A stretch of 64,000 bases of DNA from Sphagnum compactum (lineage: Eukaryota), in contig OZ234494.1 in NCBI GenBank assembly GCA_965153455.1, positions 6,510,001-6,574,000 on the forward strand, written 5' to 3'. The position numbers and the translations under genes are program-made. The stretch's first letter is position 1; each line of letters opens with the position of its first letter. Of the stretch, positions 50,333 through 63,692 are shown one piece after another. Below the pieces are notes generated by a model. It saw only the letters and a list, made by a program, of their open reading frames with translations, had not been told where the DNA came from and searched no databases.

Positions 50333-52160
50333 GCTTTTCCCTCTCTATCTTCATCTTTTTCGCATCCACAACACACGCAAACAAACCAGAAAATAAAATC
50401 AAGCCACCACACTCCACACCATGATCTAGACAAAAATCCTTAATACTTAGAAACAGATAACACAATCTTGCAATGCAAAACATACAGCTCCTTAAACGAA
50501 TTACTTAGACGAATTCTTCATCACGCCCGAAAGCAATTGAAAGATGGCACAAGACTTTCAACTGCAATAATCCCGTCTTCAGCAGAATAGATGCCTAGAA
50601 ACACAAATTTTACAAGAAACAAAAAACAACACCCAAAAAATAAGAAAAAAGAATTCACATCTTACGTCTTTATGCAGTTCAATTGAATGACCACACCTTC
50701 ATCAACAGGAGGTCAGACAGAGACAACAAAGTTCATATAGAAGCAGCAGCAGCAACAACAAGAACAACAAACTCCTCTTGGGACTAACTGGTTTTGTTTT
50801 GTATCTAACAGTTGTGATGTTTCAATTCACTGACCTCATCGTGACAATCTCCGTGGCCGAATGACTCACGGACTCTCCGAATCCGATCCCCAAACCCTAG
50901 AGCTCCAAACCCTAAAAACCGAAGAGCTCGACAAACAGAGCGGCAGAAAAAGAATTCATATTCCAAACGTCCAATTTCGGCGAACCATGTCGTCCGTTGG
51001 ATTTCAGAAAAACAATTTATTTAACCTAGAAGAGTTGATGGCTGGGTGATGATGCCTTGGTAAACATGATGAATTCCCCCATTGTGGGGTCAATTCCCAA
51101 TTGCAGTAGGGTCAGACTCATCTCCTATCTTATTGTTCACTTGTGTAGTTTGAGGACTTCATGCTTTGAGGACATCTCCTTGAGCACCTTTTTCAAACCC
51201 TCACTTGTCGGCACTTATGTGACTATATGAGTGCTTTCAAACTGGGAATCAAACCCAGCCCAACACTCAAACTCACAACCCAATTGGCCATAGGGGCCAC
51301 CCCGCGATGATCTAGACTTTGGACCTCGACTAAGCAAATCCTCCCACTTGAGAGTTTGCTTAGAAGAGCATGTTGTTCTCCCCCACTTTAGAGATGTCAA
51401 GATCCTTGTTGACATTACTGAAAGGTGATTGCCCTTGGGCATTTTTGTCACTTTTCTCCCTTTGATCCATAATGGTGGGATTAGCTTCTTCTCGATCAAA
51501 AGAGACCATTCATGATGTGTTTTATGTTTTAAACCAATGTGCCTTCTGTTAGTGTTTTTTCTTTATTTTACCAATTCCCCATTGTAGCTTTCTTTTATTT
51601 CCTTGAAGTCCACTTTGACTTTCATTTGGAAGTTTTCAATCACCATGTCGAACAAGGGTTGCAAATGTGCCAACAGATAATGTCAAATTGGGCTTTACAG
51701 TTCAAATCCCCTTTTCATAAACAAGACATGATTTGCAAGTTCATGCACAATAATTCTAACTTCTTCATTCAAGGATGTGTAAAGAAGCATGTCAATAAAA
51801 CATGAAGGCACATGGAGTTTGAAGTTGGGTAACACGTGTGGTTGAACATCTGGAATTTTAAGATGCCCAATGGACTGGCCCCACAATTCACTTCCAAGTA
51901 TGTGAAGCCTTATGAAATTTTACATAAGTCGCACCCAAATTTGTATACCTTACAATTTGAAACTAAAGTTGTTTCTACGTAATGAACAAAGACTAGACTG
52001 GAAATAGAAGGTGCGACCATATGTAAATGCCATTAAATATAAGCTTGTAGCTAAAATCAAAGGCATACTTTATGCGAGGCAAAAGTGAAAAATATATGGT
52101 TAAGTACAAAGGTTGCCATCACAAGGAGGCAGTATGGATTGCACATCCTTGAGTGGAGAA

Positions 52161-52560
52161 GTTACCACGTCCTCACTTGATTTGTCCTTCCAAATTTTGG
52201 TTTTTTAGAATTTATTTGAATTTTCAACAACAAAAATCATTTCAAAAACAATATCTCCCACATTTTGAATCCAAATCTTACCAAATAAATTCCATTAAAT
52301 TCTATTCACCGAGATCCTTCCATTAACACCAAAGGCACATTCCAATTTGTTCGAAATTTTTAGCTACAATTTAATTAAAATTTCAGTGAAAAAATCATTC
52401 AATAAACAAAAACTTTTGCATCCCAAGTCCAAACATCATGCAACCAAACCCATGCACCCCTCCTCACCAAGAGCTTTCCAAAGACACCAAGAACACGATA
52501 TGAAACATCCTAATTCAATGGATCTCAAAACAAAACAAACTACTTTCCTTCATAAATAAA
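52161..52560 (-). mobile_element. Copy of the short Helitron-like repeat
   Basis: Reverse-complement match to 17083-17470 (ATCTCCCACATT.TGAATCCAA, AAAGGCACATTCCAATT, AAGAGCTTTCCAAAGA.ACCAAGAACAC). Confidence 0.7.
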
Positions 52561-52949
52561 TATTAATAACTAATTTTTAAATTCTAATAATATGATTAAT
52601 AGATAGCCTAGGCTAGGCTAAGTTATTTATTATATTTATTCCCATTATTATTTTAGTTAATAATAAATATAAAAATAATAGTAACATTAATTGAATTATT
52701 ATTGTAGCTAGTTGGTAACCAAGTTTAGATATTTAATTTTATTATTTATATTATTATTTAATTTATTATAGTTATTTATGAAATATTATATTTATTATTT
52801 ATTATTTCTAATAATTTTTTTAATAAATATATTTTTCGTTTGAATTTTTTTTTCTATTTATATAATAATTTATTAGAATAATTATTATATATTACAATAA
52901 TTATTATAAATAGATAAAATAATTTTAAAGTTAAAAATATATATTTCTA

Positions 52950-53325
52950 CTAGTGTTTCGGATTAGTTTTTTGGAATTTATAGTGCAAAAATCACTTTTA
53001 AATCAATATCTCCCACATTTTGAATCCAAATCTTACCAACTAAATTCCATTAAATCTTGCTCATGAAGATCTTTCTAGCAAGACCAAAGGCACATTCCAA
53101 TTCTTTCAAAATTTTCAGCTACAATTTCATTTAATTTTTAGAAAAAATCATTCAATATTCAAAAACTTCTGAAACACAAGTCCAAACACCATGAAACCAA
53201 GCCAATGCACCCCTTCTCCTCAAGAGCTTTCCAAAGTGACCAAGAACGTGATATGAAGCATCCCAGTTTGATGGATCTCATTGATACAAATAAAACAAAA
53301 CAAACTAACTACATTATTTCGTAGA
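52950..53325 (-). mobile_element. Short non-autonomous Helitron with both termini (A|TC ... CTAG|T)
   Basis: The minus strand begins A|TCTAC and ends ACACTAG|T, with no TSD. It is a near-tandem copy of 52161-52560; the subterminal hairpin segment is deleted. Confidence 0.68.
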
Positions 53326-54199
53326 TAAATATTATCATTGACTAATTAATAATTATTAACTATTAATTATAGATTATAAGTTATAAAATTAAAAAATATA
53401 TAATAATTATTTGAATTATTATTATAATGTAGTAATATTTATTAATTTCTTGCTTATTATAATAATAATGTAACATATAAATAGCTTAAGTTAGTTATTT
53501 TATTATTATTACTTATATTATTATGGCATTTGTTATAGCTATCATGACCTTTATAATAAATGACTAATTTTTTAATAATAAAACTTTAATTTTCAATAAT
53601 TACATTAGTCCTTTGAAAATAATTTCAGTTATTAATATAAATAAATAAAATTTATAGTTTTATAGTATATTATTATTATATTATAAGTATTCATTAGCTC
53701 TCAATTAAAAAAATTCAGTTTTATTTTTATTATTTCATCAAATTTTATAGATTGTAAAACCATAAATATAAGTATATAATAATAATAATAATAATAATAA
53801 TTTCAGTTATTATTATTTTTTCTTTCATACTAATATCATCATCATCATTATGTAATAAAATATTATTATTATTATTTAAAAGATAATTTTAAATCTTTTC
53901 TTATTATAAGGTAATGCATACAAGTAAATATAATATTAATAAAAATAATCATTTGTAATCATTTCAAGAAGTATAATAAAACGGTTTGGATAAACTTGTA
54001 ATACGGCCACAATATATTTGGTAAATATTTTACATAAAACTTTAATATACTCAAAATATACACATAGTGTATCCATAATAACAAGGCCATTTAATGCTAA
54101 TAATAATCCTTGAATACACATGTAATATGGTCGTTCATATACATTCAAAGTATACATTTGTAAATTCAAATATATTAGTATATGTTATATTTGTAAATG

Positions 54200-54470
54200 C
54201 AACTATATCCCTTTGAATACACCAAATACACCTTTGCATACTCATAGGGTTGAGATTAATTGGTCACATTTGCAACTAATGAGACATAAGTTGTTTTTTT
54301 TGGATGCAAACCAAATTAAATGTTGTTCATATGAGAGGATGAAAATCACAATAGTTGCAAACTAGTTGCAATGTAGTCACAAATATGATCAACGCAAGAA
54401 ATAATTATAAAAATGTCCAAAGGTAGTCACAAATGATTAATAGTCGCATGTGGCTACAAATAAAGTGATT
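54200..54470. repeat. Diverged dispersed repeat; inverted homologue of 31063-31340
   Basis: Reverse-complement alignment read by eye. Confidence 0.65.
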
Positions 54471-55399
54471 ACATTTTGGTTGAAATCTATTAGTGTGCAG
54501 CTTTTCCTTGTCATTATGGAGCCCCAACTTGCCCCAGCTTCGCTTTTGCGTTTTTCAACATGTGTTCCCATTACTCAAGTTAACATTTTGTTTTTGGGTG
54601 ACTCGATTTTCGTTTCACCCTTGTGGCATGGAAGACCTTTGTCCTCCATACATTCCACCATCTTCATGAGGCTTTGACATGTTTCTAGAATGTTCGTCTA
54701 CTGATAGATAATCTTTTAGACCTAAGGCTTTAATCTACGGAAGAAAAATGATTTCTTAACAAACGCCTCTTTCAGGGGGATGATAATTAACATCTAGCTA
54801 AAATCGTACACACAAAAAGCCAAGAAACATGTTTCATCTCCTTGGACAAGCTCAAAAGTTCCATCCTGTATTTCAACACCAAGTTGTTCGACGTGAACCT
54901 TTTGTTTAATCATAACTTGAATTTTTTCCCATGTGAAAACTTGAAGTAGATTGCCTGTTTTTTGTTTGTAGGACATCCACCAAACCCATAAGTGTTCCTT
55001 GAGGAATGTTTAAACAAAATAAATCCGCTCATTGTTTAATTCAAAGCATTGGGTTTCCAAATAGGCCTTAACTTGGTGCAACAATAGCTGCATCCACTTT
55101 GTCTTGATCTTTTTCCCTATGAAGGAGTTAGGCAACCTAGCTTTATAAATCCTTATTAATCTACACATTTAATTTGTCGTCCACATTGTTACGATCCATT
55201 CTACCTTAATAGTAGTGGGTATTCAAACATGACAATGAGTAAAAAATACAATTGTTGAAAATAAAGCTATTATTGTTGAACCCTGACTAAACCAACAATG
55301 AACATTGCGCACCTACATTTGTCAACTATAAAAGAGGATAGACTTGTATCAAATCAAATAAGGAGCAACCAACAAATGGATAATGTTCAAATTAATTAA

Positions 55400-56900
55400 A
55401 ACATTAATTCAAAAGTTTAAATATTTAAACAAGATTTTTTGCATCATTCACAATAGTAGTGAAAATCTCTTGAGTCATTTGGATATTCTCACCATTGGAT
55501 TGTAAATATGTAGCCCAAAAAATAGTGAAACCCAAGGAATGAAAACACAAATAATCAACATTGGGTGTGTTCAAGTCCAACGAACATGCCTTCCATTTCA
55601 AATGCATTGTGGTATGAATATAAACAACTAGATCTTGAAATTATTTGAACATATCAAACACATACTTTGTGGTAGGATTTGAGTAATGAAAATAAAGTTG
55701 TTTTTAACAAATCTTGATGGTTGAAACATAATCACAAACAAATGCATTTCATTTTTGTGCAAACTTAATTAATGCATGGATTGTTTCCAACATGGGCAAC
55801 AAACAATAAAAAAAAATCAATAAATTCACGTTACACAAAAAGCTCAAAATTAACTTTGGCAATAAGGAGAGATGAATTGTCTTCAACCATTTTTGCAAGA
55901 AGTGGCATGTACATGGACATCACCCATTTTGGTGGACTAATCAAGTTGGTCCAATGTGTTTTCACATTCTCCAAAATTTTGTTCCCCTTTGCTTTCATCA
56001 AATTAATTACAAGCTTAAAAAATTAAAGGTGTCATTTTTGGTTGTGGGAAAAAAAGAAAAGGAAAGGGATTAAAACAAGTCCTCTATGTGTTTCATCATA
56101 GGGAGTTGAGACCAAGTTTGCATAGTTAAATTCATGCAATGTGCCGAAGTGGATGCCTTCCAAATGAGGAGAAAATTTGTTTTTGATTTGTTGGGTAACC
56201 CCACTGTGGCACACCCCTTGGAAAACATTGACACCATTAACCTCAATTGACATTAGTTTTGTAACAACATCTACATTAGAAACACTTGCATGTGTTTCCA
56301 AAGATTCAATGATAACACTAGTCAACTCATTGTGTTGCCTCCTTTAATGATTTGCTCCAAAGAAATTAATATATGCAAACGACATTAATATTGAACAACA
56401 TAATAATGGATTGAAATCCACTATTGGTTATCCATCGTGGTGACCTCATCACAAGAAAATGCAAGATATCTCAAACCTGCAGCAACCTCTTTCAAATTTT
56501 TATAATTTGTTGGTGTAAACATGAGTTTTCCATTACCCAACTAGTAGAATTGCTCCAATGATTTTGAAGCACATGGGGACATTGAGAAAAAAAAGGTTTC
56601 AAAGTTTCAAATTTTAGCATATGTCTATTTTATTGCAACAAATTCAAGATTGTGATAAATTGTTGCTTATTTCTTCCCCTCTCCCCCTTCAAGCCCCCTT
56701 GAATCACTTGTTTCATAATCATTATGCAACTTATTTGAAGGTAGATTCCTTCATTTTTTGCGTGATTACATTTGTTGATATAAAATTCACATTCTTTCTT
56801 GCCAATATGTGGCATGTCACAAACTACCTTCATTTTTCTTGCATGTTTTTATAAAGTATGTTAGACTTTGGCCTCAAAACATCCTTACCTTTAAGAAATA
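55400..56900 (-). pseudogene. Decayed hAT-superfamily DDE transposase (ZNF862-like type)
   Basis: Minus-strand fragments with stops and frameshifts: FSCDEVTTMDNQ*WISIHYYV (first catalytic D), NGVNVFQG..SGVTQQIK..FSPHLEGIH, SHNQK*HL*F, KGNKILENVKTHWTNLISP.KWVMSMYMPLLAKM. Boundaries are approximate. Confidence 0.75.
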
Positions 56901-58109
56901 AACAAACAATGCATTTACTCGATGTCTAGAAGGCTGTCTCGCTCAAACTTGCTGCAAAAGATGACATTAGTCAAAATTTGGGAAGGATTAGTAGAGGAGA
57001 TGCACTATTGGGATTTCTACAAGACTTAAAAAGTTGTGGCAATATTTTATTTATTTTGCACCTCCCAATTGGTGCCATGGTGTTCAAATATGTTACAACA
57101 ATGGCTAGATTCTAAATGCACACAACATGATAAAAAAATTCAATTCATATGATCGGTCAATTTGCAACAAAACAAATTTAATACTCAATTTCACAAATAA
57201 TAGACTAATGAGTTATAGAAGTGACAATAACGAGTTGCAATGGTAAAAATAAAAACTTGAAAGCACATGAACATAAAAACCTTAGGAATAAAAGTTTTTT
57301 AATCAAATATCATACCTCAAACTGGTAACCTAACTTTTGAAACTTTGTTGTGGTGTTGCTTGATTCTTTGGTTGTCATTGCATCATGGCGTGTTGCAACA
57401 CATCACATTCAACAAGTGACGAAACTTGTGCATCCCATTATTAACAACCACTAAACTTTATAATGCCAAAATCCTTTGTTTGTTGTAACTTTAGTTCTTA
57501 ACATTGATTACTAGAAGTGACCACTATTGACGGTGTGATCCATAATAATCACAAGTAATGGCAAAAAGATACCTAAACCTTTGTGCTACGTTGGTGAAGC
57601 CATCCTTGTTTACATGGTCATTAAGAGATCAACCTAAATCAAATGGTGCATACTAGCAACATGTGCTACATGGATGACGATCGTAATTGACAATGTGATT
57701 TAGGGTTTAAGGGGTGACAAACTGACGCTACAACATCATTAATATGTGATGATATTGCAGTTTTTAAAAAAAAAATTCTTCAATGAATTTCACTTGACAC
57801 TTTTTTCCTTTTCTTTTTGATGATTTTTTGCCAATAAAAAAAAGGCTGATAGGTAGCATGTTACATAGCACCCATAGCATGCCCAAAACATGTATAACAT
57901 GGACCCAAAATGTGTCTCGGAAGGGGGAGAAAGGTGGTTGACTGAAGGCAAAAGAGATGGATGAGAGGGGGGTCACTTATTTGGGGGACAAACAAAAGTA
58001 AATAAAAATTGTTGGTGAATTAACTATTTGGACTAACTACTTTGTTCATTCATTCTTCATTCATTCATCCATGGGCAGGCCACCATCACACTTCTCTCCA
58101 GCCTGTAAT

Positions 58110-58360
58110 TTACTGGCCATGTATAACTAAAAAGCGAAATTAAAATTTAAAAGTGCTTTAAAAAGATTTTCAATAGCCATAATTAGACCGAAATTTGAGA
58201 AAAAAAATTCCAGATTTTTGTATACATGATTCAAGTAGGTAGCCAAAAATATAGCAGGATGGTTACAAAATTTTACTTTCATATTTAACCTGTAGCCAAA
58301 TTTGGCTAAATCTCTTAGGGATGTCGCCATTTTGGCTACACCAAAAAATTGACCGAAAAA
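58110..58360. mobile_element. Probable MITE remnant immediately 5' of (or in a first intron of) the ADP/ATP carrier
   Basis: AT-rich block with the palindrome TAGCCAAATTTGGCTA and TAGCCAAAA/TTTTGGCTA motifs. It resembles a common moss repeat as recalled; no TIR/TSD confirmed. Confidence 0.4.
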
Positions 58361-58450
58361 ATAAAATTTGCTTCTTTCTGCTCCTCTCTTGTGCTTTGCA
58401 TGTGTGTGTTCGTTTTGATGTGGTTTTGTTTCGTGGGCTTTTGGGAAGGA

Positions 58451-61090
58451 ATGTGCTCATCAGTGCAGGAAGTGCAAGTGTTGAGTGCAGGGCGCGGTGA
58501 CCGCGAGCCTCCTGCTGCTACAGCTTCCTCCTCCTCCTTTTGCTGTTCACAAGTCCCAAAAGATTCTTCTGCCCAAGGCTCTTGTTCCTCTGTTTTTTCT
58601 TCTTTTTTTCCTTCCGATAGTGCAATAACAGCAAGCTTGCAGACGGCAATAATTAGTCAAGACGCTGGGGAGACACAGAAACAGGAACAGCAACGACGAC
58701 AACTACAACAACAACAACAGCAGCAGCAGCAGGTGCCGCGGGAAGCATGGAGCAATTTCCCAAGGGATTTGATGGTCGGAGCCATCCTGGGAGGACTGGC
58801 GCACACCCTGGTGGCGCCCGTAGAGAGGGCCAAGTTGTTGCTCCAAACGCAGGACAGCAATATGGCTGTCATGCATGGCAAGCATACACGCTACAAGGGT
58901 TTGATGGATTGCATTGTGCGAATTGCCAAAAATGAGGGTATTCTCTCTCTTTGGCGCGGCAACATTACCAGCGTTCTTCGTTACTATCCCTCACTGGCGC
59001 TCAATTTTGCTTTCAAGGTTTTCCTCCTGCTTTCCTCCCCTTTTCATTGTTCCCAAAGCTTAAACCTCCTTGCTCTTTATCCTCTCACTCTAGATTCTGG
59101 GCTTCCCGTCAAATCCTCATAAAGTAACCTCCTCGTGACTGGATTATGCCCCAACATTGAAGAGTTCTCTAGAGGAAATCCAGATTGTGCATATAAACTG
59201 TTTGAACCCTAGAAGATCCCACTACTGAAATGTTCTGGATTCCCATTGCTCTTTCTGGAGCTCCCCTTGTTCTGTCCAAACTGGCCACACCACAATAGTA
59301 AGCCCAATCTTCTTGTACTCTTTTCAGCTTATGCACATTTTTTATCATTTCTGCAGCCCTTGTCCTTTCTCTCCACATCCTTGGTTGGCGTGCAATCCAT
59401 ACCTGCATCCTACATGTGTAACTCTGTGTTTGACATGCCTTCCAAAACAACAGAGGTGGAGCAAGGGTTGATCAGAGGGGAAAACTGCACTAGCTATCTT
59501 CCACAGCCAGAATTGCTCTGGCCTTGCTATCTGCCTTTTTTGCTGTATAAGTTTTTCATCTGTCCTTTATTCCCCCTCTGTATATGAGCAGAAATCTGTT
59601 GGTTTTTTCTAAATCTCTCATGCTCCACACTGGGGCAAGAAGCTGTAACAAAAGCTGAGCAGTGGAGCTACTGTAGACACATGCAAACTTGACTCCGGTA
59701 AACATGTGCCATATTCCAACAAAAGGTTGTCAAAGCAAAGTACACAAGGATCAGAGCAGAGATAATGGAAAGATGAGAGGCAATAGGTTAGAGTTGGATA
59801 TCCATCATCAAAAGGCTTATTGGAAGTGACAGGGAGATACACCTCAGACAATAAGTGTATCAGGAAAAGCTTATGAGCCATTTCAGCTTCACATCCATGC
59901 ATCTTTCCGCAGCTACAGCACATAATGGGCTTATAGGTGGATCTTGTTGTGTGGGAGAGGCTTTGTAGACAAAACTCCACTTGTCCTGACAAAGTATATC
60001 ATTCTTTTTTGAGTTTTGTTGACCCCTCTGCATGATCCTAGAGCTGGACTTGTTTGAGGTCTGTGATTTTGAGAGAAAGAGAGGTTCACCATTTTGCAGT
60101 AGGAGAGAAACAGACACTTCAAGCTTCTGACAAAATGCTTGTTGGCCTTTTAAGACGAAGGATCTAGCAAGCCTGGTTTTTTCTTTGGTAGAGCTGTATT
60201 CTTGGGTTCTGCACAAGTTTGTATTTCCTGGAGGTTGTCTGGTGATATGCTTGATGATATCTTGCATGCCGTTACATCGGCTTTTCTTGTCAAAGGATTG
60301 CATTCACAGGCTTGAAATTCATGACATTGGTATTAGGGTGACATCTGGAGACTTTTCCAGGTATCCACATCTTTTGCAATGACCTTGTATGGGAATGCGA
60401 GTCAATATACTGAAAAGGATGTGTTTATCTTTTATGCAGGATTTGTATCGGACAGTGTTGACGTCAGGTCAACCCTTTGAAGAGGGAACACTGTCCCGTG
60501 CTCCTGCAAATTTTCTGTCTGGGGCATTGGCAGGTTGCACTAGCTTGGTCTTTGTTTACCCCTTAGACATTGCACATACACGCTTGGCTGCTGACATTGG
60601 ACATCGGGAGGTCCGGCAATTCCAGGGACTTGTGCACTTTCTCCAAACCATTTACCGGAAGGATGGCTTCCAGGGAGTCTATCGTGGCTTCCCAGCCTCA
60701 GTTCAAGGCATGATGGTACACCGGAGTGTTTACTTTGGAGGCTTTGATACTGCAAAGGACCTTTTGGCCAAGAACACCTATGTTTCCTTTTGGAGACGGT
60801 GGCTTATTGCCCAGGCTGTGACAACTATGGCTGGTCTAGTATCCTACCCCTTGGACACAGTGCGCCGCCGAATGATGATGCAGGCTGGGCTTGAGAGGAA
60901 TATGCATTATAACACGCTTGATTGCTGGAAGAAGATCTACTCCAATGAGGGAGTTATGGCCTTTTATAAAGGGGCGTTTACAAACATGGTGCGGGGAACA
61001 GGAGCCGCTCTTATTCTTGTGCTCTATGATGAGATTCAGAACTACATGCAGTGGACAGGGCCCATTAAGTTGGAGCATTGTCATGAGTAG
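58451..61090 (+). CDS. Mitochondrial carrier family ADP/ATP carrier, most similar in motif style to the At5g56450/PM-ANT1 subgroup
   Basis: Exon 58451-59017 (APVERAKLLLQTQ, YKGLMDC, LWRGNITSVLRYYPSLALNFAFK) splices to 60440-61090 (YPLDIAHTRLAAD, YPLDTVRRRMMMQ). It has the ANT signature RRRMMM and carrier motifs PX[DE]XX[KR]. The start codon is uncertain; an upstream micro-exon at 58071-58104 is an alternative. Confidence 0.92.
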
Positions 61091-63278
61091 GGCAACCAAC
61101 ATATCAGCTGTATCTTGATTTACTGAGCAAAAGACCAACTAAGCATCTTTTGGGGGGTGAATTTTGCCACTAGCCCTGAAGTTTTGCTACATGATTAGAG
61201 TTAATGGAGGTGCAAATTTTCTAGATTTACCTCCTATAGCTCGTGCTGCAAGTCAACAAGAGTCGTCTGCTCTTGGAGGTGAAGCCTCAGCAGCAGCCTG
61301 GACTAAGGTCACCCTTGGATTTGCAATATGAAGCTGCATCAATTTACAGGAAGCATTTGGTAGCCAGGCTATGTTGAAAATGGAAGGAAAGATTCTGTCA
61401 GGTCTACCAAGAATTGAAGGGAAAACAACTCAGAGAGATACATGGGTGTGTGTCATTGAAACAAATGGAGACACTTGAAAAATTGGTGCCTCATGACTGT
61501 GCTCTTTCTCCAATTTTCTCCCACTTTACATCAAAAGACTTTGAAGAGCTCTTATCCCCTTCCCTGCCCCCAAAGATGAGAGAACAGAAATCATAAACCA
61601 GAGAGGAGTTAGCTGCATTCAATGCTCAGTTTCAGTGTTTCTAAAGCATTTGAGTCATTGTATATTGTGAATATCAACATTTATATATGTGTGATGTACT
61701 ACTAGAGCTATGTGTAGAGGAGCCCAAACTGAGGACGAAGTTGAGAACTCAGAACGAAAATAATAGATCTGAAAATGCCAGGACACCAAACTAGGTCTAA
61801 CTTGGTATATTCACAGGAGTTTCACCCCAAGTTTTGGATCTCCCTTACCTTGTGCCTTTACTGCTGGTCATATTCTTCATTTAATCAAAGGCTTCTTCAG
61901 AATGAGATCGTTCAAATCTTCTGAACTGGTGGCCCAGTTGCATGAGTTGGTACACCCACTTTGGCTCAATTTACACCTACACGGAAATCAGGGATGAAAC
62001 AAGGATTAGAAGGTCAAACTAGGGCCCAAAGACAGGCTGATTTTGCAGATAACTCTTTATATTTTACCCATAAAATCTGTGAGCTCAAAAGTGAGGTTCA
62101 CATCAGGGCCATAATCTAAGTTTACGAGCCGACAGGTCATATCTGCCACATAAGCATATGGATAAGTCCCAAAACGAGTGGCTACCTGCTGAAACTCAAG
62201 AAGGCAACTAGGACATCCTATTGTCTACATGACACGTCAGCATCCAAGGAAGCTTGCTGAGTATATCTAGTAGACGTAGGATTGAACATGTGTCAGGAAA
62301 TAGTGAATCCTGACCCTTAAATAATAATAATAATTATTATTATCGTACCCTACCCAAATGGGAAGGTGGTTACATTTGGGATTGTCAGATTGGGTACCTA
62401 GTTAAGGCCACTGGCAATTAATTGAATAAATAGAGACTTAAGTTAATTGCTAAGTTAATAAATAGTGGGCTAAGTTATTAAATAGGTACTTGCTAATTAA
62501 TAATTTAGTTATAATTGCGCCGGGTTATTTATTAAAGCCGCCAAATAATTACAGGATGAGTATATATATATCATAATTATTAGGCTTATTGATTTGGGGA
62601 TTTTATAAATGATTTTATTCAAAGCCAAATTGATGACTTGATGATCAAGAAGTCGAGATTCGAACCCTTAACCGATTGCAAGGTAGGTAGTGTTCACCGC
62701 TAGTGAATTGTGGGTGGCGACCATGAGACTAGTAGGTAGTAAATTCCATCAGGTAGGTAGGTATCTAGACAGGGAGGTTCGTTTCACACATGAAGGACAC
62801 ACGCACGCACAGCGAGAGCTGCAAGCGCAGCGCACATCGCAAAGTCTCCTCGCCTTCGCTTTTCTTCCGTCTCTCCGCGCACAATCTGTTGCGCTTCTCA
62901 TGGAGATTATGATAATAAACGGATCCCGTTCCTGTTGTCGATCTCAGAGGAACTTTATTAGTTGCAAATTACGTTTTTTGGGTTCATGTTTCCAAGGATT
63001 TTGCCGTTGAACTTTTAGGGTTTTCGTTTTCCTTGTACAACCTTAGAACTACGAGAACAGAGACGGAGAGATCGTTCGTTCGTCTCGGCGATTGGATTTT
63101 TGCTATTTGGTTCAGGATTGGCGTTCTTTTTTCGTTTTATTTTTCCTCGAAGCGACGAAACCCACATCGCGTTATTTTGAGACTTTCGTTCTGTTATTGG
63201 GAAGTGCAGCAAACTGGAGACAGTCAGGGAGGGTGTGAGGGAGGTTAGTTGTGTCGTTGAAGAAGGAAGAAGAGGGAA

Positions 63279-63692
63279 ATGGCGCACAAGAAAAGGGTTA
63301 AGATTAGTAGACCGCGGCAGCAAAAGGTTTTGTAATTTTCGATCTTGGTTTTCCCCCCATTCTGTGTGTTGTTGCTACAGTGGGAGAAATTGGAGTTAAG
63401 AGGTGAAACTGCTTGTCTGCTTGCGAGTATTAGGGTTTTCTCTTTCTTTAGGGAAGCACGCTGGCTGCTGTGCTGTTAACGGTCTGGGAAAATAAAACTC
63501 TTTGCAACAATGTTGTGTGTAATGGGTGGCGATTTTGTGCTTCCGTGTGAATTGTTGACTTGGTTTGCGTCATTTTGATTGTGAATGGGGTCAGGAAAAG
63601 AAGACCTTGGATATCGCCAATTTGAATGAGCAGTTGGATTTGTTAGGTCTCAAAATATGCCCTGTTACTGCAGATGGCAACTGTTTTTTCAG
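63279..63692 (+). CDS. OTU-domain deubiquitinase (OTUD3/Arabidopsis OTU7-like), 5' part only; gene continues beyond the window
   Basis: Exon 63279-63326 (MAHKKRVKISRPRQQK) + exon 63595-63692 (EKKTLDIANLNEQLDLLGLKICPVTADGNCFFR), followed by a gtgagt donor. DGNCFFR is the OTU catalytic Cys motif. Confidence 0.85.

Noticed and set aside
38309..63692. Functional gene cluster (NEMP, TSPO, maspardin, ANT, OTU; TSPO and ANT are linked in older mitochondrial pore models)
   Set aside because: Mixed orientations, TE-filled spacers and unrelated housekeeping families. Nothing in the sequence indicates co-regulation.
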